Of a stretch of DNA of 64,000 nt, positions 37,990 to 49,480 are shown piece after piece; within the stretch, counting starts at the first letter, position 1; each line of letters begins with the position of its first letter. A model generated the notes under the pieces. The model saw only the letters and a program-made list of their open reading frames with translations, did not search any database and was not told the DNA's origin. The position numbers and the translations under genes were made by a program. Origin of the DNA: Basidiobolus meristosporus CBS 931.73 (lineage: Eukaryota; Fungi; Basidiobolomycota); assembly GCA_002104905.1 (NCBI GenBank), contig MCFE01000006.1:124001-188000 (forward strand), read 5' to 3'.

Positions 37990-40900
37990 AGCTGTCACTC
38001 TCTGCAATGTCTACTACTGCTATTACTGGAATTTTTCCCTCTGCTGAAAAGTTGGATGGATCTAACTACCAAGTGTGGAAGGTGAAGATGAAGATGCTGC
38101 TACAAGAAAGAGGCCTTTGGGATATTGTCATGGGAGAAGAATGCCCTCCTAAAAACATGGGAGAGGAAGCCTTAAAGTACCAGAAGAAAGAACAAAGTGC
38201 CTTTAACTGCATTTGCCTTAATGTCAAGGACAAATTGCTAATTCAATGCTCAAGAGCAAAAACGGCAAAAAATGCCTGGAAAGCATTGGAAGACACCTAC
38301 CAGTCATGTTCAGCTGCCAAGAAAATGTATCTGAGAAGAAAATTCTTTACTACAAAGATGCTGCCAGGAGAAGAAATGAAAAATCTAATTAACAGAATTA
38401 CCCTGCTGGTAGATGAGATGGAATCTGTGGGCGTACCAACTACTGATGAGGATGTGATAGTTACCATCCTGAATAGCCTGACAGACAAGTTTCAGGGCCT
38501 TGTATCAGCCCTAGAGTCCAGAACTGAAGATTTGACCTTAAATTACGTATATGGAAGGCTCCTGGATGAAGAATTAAGAAAATCAAGCGCCAATAAGAAG
38601 GAAGAAGAAAATGCTTTAATAAGCAATGATAACCAACAAAGGAGGTATCCAAGACCCTACAAAGGCAACAGCAACCTATTTTGCAACTACTGCAAAAGGA
38701 AAGGACACACATCAGACCGGTGTTTCAAAAAGAGAGATTATCAGCAAAAGAAGCCTGAATATGGAAATGCTGCAACAACTGAAGATAGACTATTCATATC
38801 TGCACTAAATATGACCACAAACAAGGATTCTCAGACATGGTATATTGACTCTGGAGCTTCTCAACACTTTACACACCAAAAAGAACTTTTTACCCAATAT
38901 CAAGAAATTCCAATTAAGAAGGTTTTCATGGGCAACGATAGAACACTTGATGCAGTGGGAGAAGGAACTATCCAAGTAAACCTTAGAAGTAGTGAAGGAA
39001 GCCATACACTGACCTTTAAAGAAGTACTCTATGTACCAGAAATAGCCAAGAACCTACTCTCTGTAAGCAAGGCCACAGCAGAAGGACTCAGTTTCAGTTT
39101 TGACAATTCTGGATGCAGGATCACTGATCAAAATGGTGCTCATATTGCTTCGGGCATCAGAGATCAGAACCTATACAAGTTGACTTATATTCCATCATAT
39201 CTGGAAGCCAATATAAGTAACTTAAATGAAGAAACACCAATGCTTTGGCACAGGAGATTTGGGCACATCAATTTTGATTATTTGCGCAAAATGATCAAAG
39301 ATCAGCTAATTTCTGGAGTAAAAATTGATCCCCCAGCTAATTTGGAGCACTGTGAAGCCTGCATATATGGGAAACAAGCCAGACAACCGTTCAAGAGCTC
39401 TGGGTTAATCAAAACTAAGAAAAAATTAGATCTAATTCACTCAGATCTGTGTGGACCTATGCAAAATTTATCCTTAGGCGGGATGAAGTATTTAATCACT
39501 TTTATTGATGATTATACAAGATACACATGGGTCTACTTCATGGAGAGAAAGGAAGAAGCTCTGTCTAAGTTCAGGGAGTTTAAAGCCATGGTGGAGAAAG
39601 AAACTGGTGAAAAAATCAAGAAAATACGCTCTGACAATGGTGGAGAATATACCTCAAAACTCTTCATCCACTTCTGCAAAATTCATGGGATAAAGCAAGA
39701 GACTACTGTACCATACTCCCCACAGCAAAATGGAGTAGCAGAACAAGCTAACAGATCAATAATTGATATGGCAAGATCTATGATCCATGATCAAAAATTA
39801 TCCTATGATTTTTGGGTGGAATCAGTTGCCACTGCTGTATATCTTAAAAATAGGAGTTATAACAGAATACTTCGTGATTCTACTCCATTTGAAGCATGGT
39901 ATGGATACAGACCAAGTGCAGAACATCTAAGAATATTTGGGTGTACAGCATATGCCAAAAAACTGGCCGGAAATCAGTCAAAATTTGAGCCAAAAAGTGT
40001 AAAATGCATATTTTTGGGCTACTGCAATAAGAGTAAGGCATACAGACTCTACAATACCAAAGCAAAGAAGCTGATCAAGTCCAGGGATGTGTTGTTTGAT
40101 GAAAATTCAAAATGTTCACAAAAAATGACATCAGATGATGACAAAAATTTGATCTCAAGTCCACCAATTGTCAGGATTGAATCAGAGCAAAACAATGAAA
40201 ATTTTTTCACTCCAGAGGACTCTACAACCGTGGTTCAGCCAGAATCAGTGCCCAGGAATATCCCAGAAGTGATCATTCCAGTATTAAATGCCCGGAGATC
40301 CAATCGGACAAGAAATAGCCCAAATTACTATATCAATGAGGGTACAAACTTAGCCTATGCCTATTCAGTCCATATTGATGAACCCCAGACTGTAAAAGAG
40401 GCCCTAAATAGCCCTCAGACAAAGTTTTGGAGATCTGCAATGACTGAGGAATATCAGGCCCTGATGGAAAATCAAACTTGGGACTTAGTCAAATTACCAA
40501 TCAACCAAAAATCAATTGGATGCAGATGGGTCTTTAAAACAAAATACAAGGCTGATGGTACAATTGAAAGATACAAAGCAAGACTTGTAGCCAAAGGATA
40601 CTCTCAAACAAAAGGACTTGACTATACTGAGACCTTTGCACTGGTAGCCAAGTTTAATTCCATCAGATTAATATTGGCTATTGCAGCCAAATATAAGTTT
40701 TTTATTCATCAAATGGATGTAAAAACTGCATTTTTGAATGGAGAACTTGATGAGGACGTGTATATGGACCAGCCTGATGGGTTTGTTGACCAAAATGACC
40801 CCCATTTGGTCTGCAAGCTTAAAAAGTCACTATATGGTCTCAAACAATCACCAAGAGCCTGGAATTGCAAGATAGATTCTTATTTGGAATATTTGAGTTT

Positions 40901-41951
40901 CAAAAGGAGTAATGCTGACTATAGTATATACTATAAGCCAGATAGAGCAAATCCAGTTCTATTAGCTCTATATGTGGATGATCTTATTATAGCCGCCAAT
41001 AACCTAGAAACATTGGAAGAGACTAAATCCAGCCTATCTAAGGAGTTCAAGATGTCCGATCTAGGAGAACTTAGTTACTACTTAGGGATTAAGTTCTCCA
41101 TAGACAGAAGTACCCAGACAATTACCCTAAGCCAATCCAAGTATATTCAAGATATACTAAAGAAGTACAAAATGGAAGACTGTAAACCGGCAGCTACCCC
41201 AATGGAGACAAACCTTAACTTGGTCAAAACTCAACCATATCAAGAGAGCTTGGTGCCATCTGAAAGCCCTGACTTTCCTTATCAATCTATGGTCGGCAGT
41301 CTGATGTATATCATGCTTGGAACTCGTCCAGATATCTCATATTCAGTGGGAGTTGTCAGCCAACATAATCAGAGCTATGGATCTGATCATATTGCAGCAG
41401 TTAAGCGGATTTTTAGATACCTAAAAGGAACTGCTGATATCTGCTTAAGATACACTTATAAGGACTCAGAACAAGATCTTGTGGGATACTCTGATGCAGA
41501 TTGGGGACAAAATTTGGAAGACAGAAGATCCACCACAGGATATACCTTTCTTTACTGTAAAGGAGCAATTTCATGGAACTCAAGAAAGCAACCAACCGTA
41601 GCACTTTCTACTACAGAGGCAGAGTATATGGCAGCTTGTGAAGCTACAAAAGAAGCAATGTGGCTAAGAAAGCTCTTTACAGATTTAGGCCTATGTCAAA
41701 AAACGCCTATTACTTTATTTCAAGATAATCAAGGATGTATACAATTAGGTAGAAATCCAACTTTTCATGCTAGAACCAAGCACATAGATATTAGACATCA
41801 TTTCATATGTGAAGCTATAGAGAGTAACTTAGTTAGCTTAGTTTACTGTCCTACAGATGAAATGATTGCAGACATATTTAGCAAACCATTAGCTAGAGAC
41901 AAGTTTGAATATCTTAGGTCAAAATTAGGACTAGTCAGTATGAACATTTAG
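37980..41951 (+). CDS. Copia gag-pol polyprotein (1323 aa)
   Basis: Zinc knuckle CNYCKRKGHTSDRC; protease WYIDSGASQH; integrase HRRFGH...CEAC, HSDLCGP, IRSDNGGEY; RT QMDVKTAFLNG, LYGLKQ, LYVDDL; RNase H GYSDADW, DNQG, KHIDIRHH, ADIFSK. Confidence 0.93.
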   Translation: MSPELSLSAMSTTAITGIFPSAEKLDGSNYQVWKVKMKMLLQERGLWDIVMGEECPPKNMGEEALKYQKKEQSAFNCICLNVKDKLLIQCSRAKTAKNAWKALEDTYQSCSAAKKMYLRRKFFTTKMLPGEEMKNLINRITLLVDEMESVGVPTTDEDVIVTILNSLTDKFQGLVSALESRTEDLTLNYVYGRLLDEELRKSSANKKEEENALISNDNQQRRYPRPYKGNSNLFCNYCKRKGHTSDRCFKKRDYQQKKPEYGNAATTEDRLFISALNMTTNKDSQTWYIDSGASQHFTHQKELFTQYQEIPIKKVFMGNDRTLDAVGEGTIQVNLRSSEGSHTLTFKEVLYVPEIAKNLLSVSKATAEGLSFSFDNSGCRITDQNGAHIASGIRDQNLYKLTYIPSYLEANISNLNEETPMLWHRRFGHINFDYLRKMIKDQLISGVKIDPPANLEHCEACIYGKQARQPFKSSGLIKTKKKLDLIHSDLCGPMQNLSLGGMKYLITFIDDYTRYTWVYFMERKEEALSKFREFKAMVEKETGEKIKKIRSDNGGEYTSKLFIHFCKIHGIKQETTVPYSPQQNGVAEQANRSIIDMARSMIHDQKLSYDFWVESVATAVYLKNRSYNRILRDSTPFEAWYGYRPSAEHLRIFGCTAYAKKLAGNQSKFEPKSVKCIFLGYCNKSKAYRLYNTKAKKLIKSRDVLFDENSKCSQKMTSDDDKNLISSPPIVRIESEQNNENFFTPEDSTTVVQPESVPRNIPEVIIPVLNARRSNRTRNSPNYYINEGTNLAYAYSVHIDEPQTVKEALNSPQTKFWRSAMTEEYQALMENQTWDLVKLPINQKSIGCRWVFKTKYKADGTIERYKARLVAKGYSQTKGLDYTETFALVAKFNSIRLILAIAAKYKFFIHQMDVKTAFLNGELDEDVYMDQPDGFVDQNDPHLVCKLKKSLYGLKQSPRAWNCKIDSYLEYLSFKRSNADYSIYYKPDRANPVLLALYVDDLIIAANNLETLEETKSSLSKEFKMSDLGELSYYLGIKFSIDRSTQTITLSQSKYIQDILKKYKMEDCKPAATPMETNLNLVKTQPYQESLVPSESPDFPYQSMVGSLMYIMLGTRPDISYSVGVVSQHNQSYGSDHIAAVKRIFRYLKGTADICLRYTYKDSEQDLVGYSDADWGQNLEDRRSTTGYTFLYCKGAISWNSRKQPTVALSTTEAEYMAACEATKEAMWLRKLFTDLGLCQKTPITLFQDNQGCIQLGRNPTFHARTKHIDIRHHFICEAIESNLVSLVYCPTDEMIADIFSKPLARDKFEYLRSKLGLVSMNI

Positions 41952-41962
41952 CTGAGTGGGAG
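41951..41962 (+). promoter_or_regulatory. Polypurine tract
   Basis: GCTGAGTGGGAG directly before the 3' LTR; the same motif precedes 46876. Confidence 0.8.
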
Positions 41963-42311
41963 TGTTGTAAAAATTTGTATTTCCACCTAAACATTCACCT
42001 AACTTAGTCACTTAGATCATTACCTTCAAATCCTAGAAAATACTGACTAAATTCCTTGTTGGGATTTACTTAGAATACTTTCACCAAAATACCAGGTACC
42101 CAGAACATGAAAATTCTCAGAGTTGTCCAAACAGCCCCAAACTTTGCACACATGTTCTTGGGACCTTCCTTAACCTATTCTACGTGTTTGTAATGCCAAG
42201 ACCAGGTAAAAGTATAAATAATACTTTTACATTCAATAAATCATTAAGTGAAAACCACATAATCTACTTGTTCTCCCAATCACTTCCAATATCTCCAAGA
42301 CTCTTACAACA
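41963..42311 (+). repeat. 3' LTR (family A)
   Basis: 349-bp direct repeat of 37627-37975. Confidence 0.95.
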
Positions 42312-42342
42312 TTAATGAAGATCTAATACTACATTATATGAT

Positions 42343-42597
42343 ACCCTATGAAAAATAACTGTAATGATCCATTCAAAGGACTGCCACAACATTTATATCT
42401 CATGATTAAGAGGTATTGATGTAATGCAGACACCATGCAAAGACTATCAAAAAAGCTGTACCTCTGAACTGATAAAAAACATGGTCAAAATATCTCTTCA
42501 CAGCAGTCCCTAAGTTGTTTTTGATGGTCCCACTGCCATTTCTTTCATTTACTGATCCTGGACACTCAATCATCTCCTACATTATTGTACTCTATTA
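42343..42597 (-). repeat. Unclassified repeat family Y, copy 1, left piece (continues at 47224 after the nested Copia)
   Basis: Matches 50594-50840 and the reverse complement of about 56690-56930. Confidence 0.65.
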
Positions 42598-43306
42598 TGT
42601 TGTAAAGATTTGTAATTCCACCTAAATATTCCCCAACTTAGTCACTTAGATCATTACCTTCAAATCCTAGGGAATACTGACCAAATTCCTTGTGGGGATT
42701 TACTTAGAATATTTTCATCAAGATACCAGGTACCTAGTACATGATAATTCTCAAAGATGTTCAGACAGCCCCAAACTTTGCACACTTGTTCTTGGAACCC
42801 TCCTAAACCTATTCTGCATGTCTCTTATGCTAAGACCATGTAGGAGTATAAATACTACTTTTACATTCAGTAAATCATTAGGTGAAAGCCACATAATCTA
42901 CTTGCACTCCCAATCACTTCCAATATCTTTAAGACTCTTACAACAGGTTATGAGCCCCAAGCTGGCACTCTCTTCAATGTCTACTACTGCTTTTACTGGA
43001 GTTTTTCCCTCTGCTGAAAAGTTGGATGAATCTACCTACCAAGCATGGAAGGTGAAGATGAAGATGCTGCAACAAGAAAGAGGCCTTTAGGATATTGTCA
43101 TGGGAGAAGAATGTTCTCCTGAAAACATGGGAGAGGAAGCCTTAAAGTACCAGAAGAAAGAACAAAGTGCCTTTGACTGCATTTGCCTTAAGGTTAAAGA
43201 CAAATTGCTAACTCAATGCTCAAGAGTAAAAGCAGCAAAGAATGCCTGGAATGCATTCAAAGGCACCTACCAGGCAGGTTCAGACAAATATTCTTTGCTA
43301 CAAAGA

Positions 43307-43818
43307 TGTCATGATCACATGACATCCCTGGTCTCCAATTTTTTAGCCAAATCAGGTCAGTGAAGAAATCCCAGTTCCATCTAGGAGTTCTACTACATTC
43401 TAGCAACTTCTTGAAAGCTCCAAGTCAATGCCACACAATGGAACATTCTATGGAAGCTTCCCATCAGAGTTTATGTAGTCCCATGCCATATATGGTAACT
43501 ACCTGTCACATGATCAGCTGACCCCTGACATATCTCCATGTGCTATTCCAGTCTGTTCTTTAGTATATCCAATCTTGGCACACTTACTGTGCCTCACCCC
43601 AGAACCCCATTAGTATTAGCCAATAACTCTTGGCATCCATATTGCCAAAAAGTATATATAGTCCTATCCCCCCTTATATTCCTCAGTCTGATAAACACAG
43701 GTCTTGAATAAACAGCCTTGCCTTGGAAATCCGCCTTGCCTTGTTGATCCACACCTAAGTCCTTTCCTGGTCCTGCCTTGCCTAGCTCTACTCTCCTGCC
43801 TTGTGTCTATTCATAACA
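43307..43818 (+). mobile_element. Solo LTR, family B (512 bp), inserted in gag of the degenerate Copia
   Basis: TGTCATGATC...TTCATAACA; perfect 5-bp TSD AAAGA (43302-43306 and 43819-43823). Homologous to 59987-60507. Confidence 0.88.
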
Positions 43819-45785
43819 AAAGATGCTGCCAGCAGAAGAAATTAAAAATATAATTACCAGAATTACCCTGATGGTGGATGAGATGGAATCTGTGGGTGTA
43901 CCAACTTCTGATGAGGATGCAATAGTAACCATCCTGAATGGCCTGATAGACAGGTTTCAGGGCACTGATATCAGCCCTAGAGCTAGAACTGAAGATTTGA
44001 CAATAAATTATGCTCAAGGAAGGCTCCTGGATGAAGAATTAGCAAAATCAAGTGGCAAAAGAAGGAAGAAGAAAATGCTTTAATAAGCAATGATCACCAA
44101 CAAAGGAGATACCCAAGAGCTTTCAGAGGTAATAGCAACCAGTGTTGTAACTACTGCAAAAGGAAAGGACACACATCAGACCGGTGTTTGAAAAACAGAG
44201 ATAGTCAGCAGAAAAAGCCTGAATACAGAAATGCTGCAACAACTGAAAACAGACTATTCATATCTGCACTAAATATGACCACAAACAAGGACTTACAGAT
44301 GTGGTATATTGACTCTAGAGCTTCTCAATACTTTACACACCAAAAAGAACCTTTTACTCAACATCAAGAAATTCCAAATAAGGAGGTTTTCATGGGTGAC
44401 AATAGAACACTTGATGCAGTGGGAGAAGGAACTATCCAAGTAAACCTTAGAAGCAGCAAAGGAATCCATACAATGACTATTAATGAAGTACACCATGTAC
44501 CAGAAATGACCAAGAACCTACTATCTGTAAGCAAGGCCACTGTAGAAGGACTCAGTTTTAGCTTTGACAGTTCTGAATGCAGGATCACTGATCAGAATGG
44601 TCCCCACATTGCTTTGGGTATCAGAGATCAGACTCTATACAAGTTGACTTATATTCCATCATATCTGGAAGCCAATATTAGTAACCTAGGTGAAGAAACA
44701 CCAATGCTTTGGCACAGGAGATTTAGAAACATGAATTTTGATTATTTGTGCAAAATGATCAAAGATCAGCAAATTTCTGGAGTAAAAGTTGATCCCACAG
44801 CCAATCTGAAGCTCTCTGAAGCCTGCATCAATGGGAAACAAGCTATACAACTGTTCAAGAGCTCTGAGTTGATCAAAACTAAGAAAAAATTAGATCTAAC
44901 TCACTCAGATCTGTGTGGACCTATGCAAAATTTATCCTTAGGTGGGATGAAGTATTTGATCACTTTTACTGATGGTTATACAAGATACACATGGGCCTAC
45001 TTCATGGAGAGAAAGGAAGAAGCTCTGTCTAGGTTCAGGGAGCTTAAAGCTATGGTGGAGAGACAAACTGGTGAAAAAATCAAGAAAATACGCTCTGATA
45101 ATTGTGGAGAATATACCTCAAAACTCTTCACCCACTTCTGCAAAATTCATGGGATAATTCAAGAGACTACTGTACCATACTCCCCACAGCAAAATGGAGA
45201 AGCAGAATGTGCAAACAGATCCATAACTGATATTGCAAGATTGATGATCCATGATCAAAAATAATCCTACAATTTTTGGGTGGAATCAGTTGCCTCAGCT
45301 GTGTACCTTAAAAATAGGGGTTATAGCAGAATGCTTTGTATTCTACTCCATTTGAAGACTAGCATGAATACAGACCAAGTGCAGAACATCTAAGAACATT
45401 TGGGTGTACAGCATATACCAAGAAACAGCATGGAAATCAGTCAAAATCTGAGCCAAAAAGTGTGAAATGGATATTTTTAGGCTACTCCATTGAGAGTAAA
45501 GCAAACAGAAAAAAAATTAATTGGATGCAGATGGGTCTTTAAGACAAAGTATAAGGTTGACGGTACAATTGAAAGATACAAAGTAAGGCTTGTGGCTAAA
45601 GGATACTCTCAAATAAAAGGACTTGACAATATTGAGACCTTTGCACCAGTAGCCAAGTTGAACTTGATCAGATTAAGGTTGGCTATTGCAGCCAAATATA
45701 AGTTTTCTATACATCAAATGAATGTAAAAACTGCATTTTTGAGTGGAGAACTTGATGATGACATGTATATGGACTAGCCTGATGG

Positions 45786-46036
45786 ACAGGAGGCCACCCA
45801 GCAGGGGTGGGGGGGACTCCCTGAGACATGATGGGTGGGGGGAGGATGGCCCCCCAGCCAGTTCCCCTCTCCCTCTAGTCTGGAAGATTTGCATCCAGGG
45901 GGCCTTATTATGATTGGGTGGCCCCTCCCCACCTCCCTGCTCCCCCTCCAAACACCCCCTCCCCCTATTCACCTTGCATCCAGTGCCAAGGAGTGGGGCA
46001 TTTAAATAATGCACCCCCCTGGGTGCACAGAGTGGG
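45786..46036. other. 251-bp G/C-tract-rich insertion replacing part of the RT
   Basis: Flanks align to RT positions about 40778 and 41127 of the intact copy. The insert is unrelated to Copia and carries G-runs, C-runs and a 3' hairpin. Confidence 0.75.
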
Positions 46037-47223
46037 CCTAAGCCAATCCAAGTATATTCAAGATAGACTAAAGAAGTACCAAATTGAAGACTGTAAACTG
46101 CCAGCTACCTCAATGGAGACAAGCCTTAACTTGGTCAAAACTCAGCCAAAGCAAGAGGGCTTTGTGCTGTCTGAAAGCCCTGACTTTCCTTGTCAATCTA
46201 TGGTTGGCAGTCTGATGTATATCATGCTTTTTTTTTGATGTCTGGATATCTCATATTCAGTGGGAGTTGTCAGCCAGCTTAATTTGAACTATGGATCTGA
46301 TCATATTGCAGCAGTTAAGCAGATTTTTAGATATCCCAAAGGAAATGCTGATATCTGCTTAAGATACACTTATAAGGATTCAGAACTGTATTTTGTGGGA
46401 TGCTCTGATGCTGATTGGGGACAAAATGTATAAGACAGAAGATCCACCACAGGGTAAACCTTTCTTTACTGTCAAGAAGCAATTTCATGGATATGAAGAA
46501 AGCAACCAACTGTAGCACTTTCCACTACAGAGGCAGAGTATATTACAGCCTGTGAAGCTACAAAAGAGACAATGTGGTTAAGAAAGCTTTTACAGATTTA
46601 GGCCTATGTCAAAAAACAACTATTACTTTATTTCAAGATAATCAAGGATGTATACAATTAGGTAGAAATCCAACTTTTCATGCTAGAGCTAAGCACATAG
46701 ATATTAGACATCATTACATATGTGAAGCTATAGAGACTTACTCAGTTAGCTTGGTTTACTGTCCTTCAAATGAAATGATTGCAGATATATTTACCAAGCC
46801 ATTAGCAACAGACAAGTCTGAATATCCAAGGTCAAAATCAGTACCAGTCAGTGTGAGCATTTAGCTGAGTGGGAGTGTTGTAAAGATTTGTGATTCCACC
46901 TAAATATTTACCCAACTTAGTCACTTAGATTATTACCTTCCAATCCTGGGGAATACTGACCAAATTCCTTGTTGGGATTTACTTCAATTACTTTCACCAA
47001 AAGATCAGGTACCCAGAAAATGATAATTCTCAAAGTTATTCTGATAGACCCAAACTTTGCGCACATGTTCTTGGGACTGTACTGAACCTATTCTACATGT
47101 TTGTAATGCCAACATCATGTAAAAGTATAAATACAACACTTATATTCAATAAATCATCAAGTGAAAACCACATAATCTACTTGTTCTCCCAATCACTTCC
47201 ATATCTCCAAGACTCTTACAACA

Positions 47224-48381
47224 TAATTGACTATTAACTCTTTCTCACATTCCTTACTTCTTCACTTAACTGGTGCCCTAAATTTCATGCATAAAAATTG
47301 GTGTATTTCCATTGAGTTTCTGGCTGCAACTCAGTTGTAAGTTGTACTGCTCTATACAAGTCCCTTTACCCAACACTAACATTTAGCTTAGCCTCACACT
47401 CAACAAGTAACTTCCTCAGAATCTAATATATAATATGTCACTTGGTTAAAATACTTGCTGTCCATGAGTTTGGTGGGAACCCAGGGGTTTTATGCTGTTG
47501 TTTGCTCAGCAGCACCCTTATATTCTGGTCTCCTACTAGCACTGCCATGTCTAGCCTCTTATATACCAGTCTTCACAAAAACTTTTCAATAGTTAAGAGT
47601 GTTTTCTGGAGCACTGTTCTTGAAGAAGTGCTGCAACCTCTTGGTGTGCATGCCACTGTTCTAAAATCCCACTGTAGGCATTATGATAGTCCCCAATTTC
47701 ATGAAATTGTTGCTTTATCTGCCAGTGAGATCTCCACTCCGTCTACAATGGAGGATGTAGAGGCAATGGTAGATACATTGTCTTTCTCTGCGTACTCATT
47801 TACCTCACTGGAGTGTAACTCAACTGGCTGCATTTCCAACTATTAAGAAACAGCTGTTGTCCAACTGGTAATTCTTCTTGGCTATTATGGGATTTGGCCT
47901 GTCCTGGGCTGATAGCATGAATTGGTGAGAGTGGCAGCTTTTTTCTCATGCTTTGCTGTGTCTGGCCTGGGTGGACCTTTTTCCCTATACTTTGAACTCT
48001 ATCACTGTAAGGTCTTTCACTGCTGCTTTGACTGAGTGATTCTGGTACTGTACTATATTCTTTTGCTGATAAATGCTGCACTGGTGCATCTGTTGGTGCC
48101 TGCTTGTCTTCTATAGGTTCTTATCTGGCTACCTAGCATTTCTTTACCACTTGTGTAGAGCTTTCAGCCCTGATTATGATAGGCTGTCAAGAAGATGCTG
48201 GTGCCTAGCCATGTCACCTGTTTACTGCTGTTAATATTATCTGCTTTTCTTGAGATTTTTTCTTAGCATACTAATGCTGGCCTAAATCCATTTGCCTGCT
48301 TGAATTCAGGATAATGCTCTCAGAGCAGGTTAAGCCCACTCTGCTTGGCCTTGTCTTTCAATGGTTGTATGGCATGTTAGC
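47224..48381 (-). repeat. Unclassified repeat family Y, copy 1, right piece
   Basis: Colinear with about 50850-52200; decayed coding frame on the minus strand. Confidence 0.65.
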
Positions 48382-49480
48382 CCCAAGAATTCTGTAAAGC
48401 TTTGGTGACTTCAGGAGTGCTTAGAAGCTCAAGTATATTTTCTGGCTTTCACTTAGTTATTCACTGAAATCAGAAGTAGTATATAGACTCATACGTAGTC
48501 TTGGCAAACAACCATGTAGAGTATGCTTAGGAAGATCCCAAGAACATGTGTGCAGGTTGGGCTGTTTGGACTACTTTGAAGAATTTCATGTTCTAGGCAC
48601 CTAGCATTTGATGAAAGTATTCTTAAGAACTATGGACAAGAAATTTGGTCAGAATTCTCCAAGAATCTTAGGTAATGATGCAAGTCACTAGATTGGGTGA
48701 ATTTTTAGGTGCAATTAAAAGACTTACAGCACTCCCATGCAACTAAATATTCATATCCATGAGTCTTAAATGTCATCTGAGAGGCCTGTATTTGACTTGG
48801 GCCAATACTTCAGTATATATATCTGCAATTACTTCATCTATAGTACAGTAAGTTAGGCAAACTGACTTATTCCCTATAGCATCAGATATGAAATGATGTC
48901 CAATATTTACATGTTTAGCTCTAGCATGAAATGCAGGATTTCCACCTAATTGTATACAACTATAAATATCCTGAAATACAGTAGTGGGGGCAATTAAGAA
49001 AATCTGAAGTCTTTGAACAGCTTTCTTAGCCATATTACTTCTTTATTAGCCTCTCAAGTGGTCATGTAATCTGCTGGGGTAGTGGAATGTGCTACAGTTG
49101 GTTGCTTTCCTGAGTTTTATGAGATTGCTTCTCATAAGTAAGTATAAGAATTTCCTATGGTGGATCTGGTGTCTTCTAAGTTCTGTACCCAATCAGATTC
49201 AGAGTATCTCACATGTTCCTGTTCTAAATCTTGAATGGTATACCTTAAGCAAGTATTAGTAGGTCCATTTACATATCTAAAAACCTGCTTAACTGCTGCA
49301 ACTTGAGCAGATACATAGTTATGGCTATGCTGGCTGACAGTTGATATTGATTATGAGCCATCTTGATGTGCTCTTAGCATGTTATACATTAAGCTGCAGA
49401 CCCTGTATTGAGAAGGGAAGTATGGGCTTTCAGATAACCCCAAGCACTAATTATTTTGCTGAGTTTTGACCAAGATAAGG
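48382..49480 (-). mobile_element. Degenerate Copia family-A 3' fragment (RT end, RNase H, 3' LTR at about 48382-48731)
   Basis: ORF 48773-49033 (CIQLGGNPAFHARAKHVNIGHHFI...ADIYT). The reverse complement of 48382-48731 aligns to LTR A, with a PPT remnant next to it. Confidence 0.85.

Larger units (their letters stand above)
37627..42311 (+). mobile_element. Full-length Ty1/Copia LTR retrotransposon (Ty5/hemivirus-like)
   Basis: 349-bp TG...CA LTRs, 5-bp TSD TTAAT (37622-37626 and 42312-42316), PBS, PPT and a single gag-PR-IN-RT-RH ORF. Confidence 0.97.
42598..47223 (+). mobile_element. Degenerate full-length Copia element, family A (pseudogenised gag-pol)
   Basis: 348-bp LTRs at 42598-42945 and 46876-47223, PBS at 42946. 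Fragmented gag/IN/RT/RH ORFs with stops and frameshifts, a ~460-bp deletion near 45495 and two internal insertions. The TSD is not clean (TATTA vs TAATT), but the flanks are colinear family-Y sequence. Confidence 0.9.

Noticed and set aside
45673-46238. Pro/Gly-rich ORFs spanning the GC-rich insert
   Set aside because: Chimeric read-through of low-complexity G/C runs and RT fragments.
42598-47223. Several CpA>TpA / TGG>TAG changes between Copia copies, suggesting RIP-like mutation
   Set aside because: Only a handful of examples, and CpG decay plus background transitions could explain them. It needs a context-resolved substitution count, which I cannot run.
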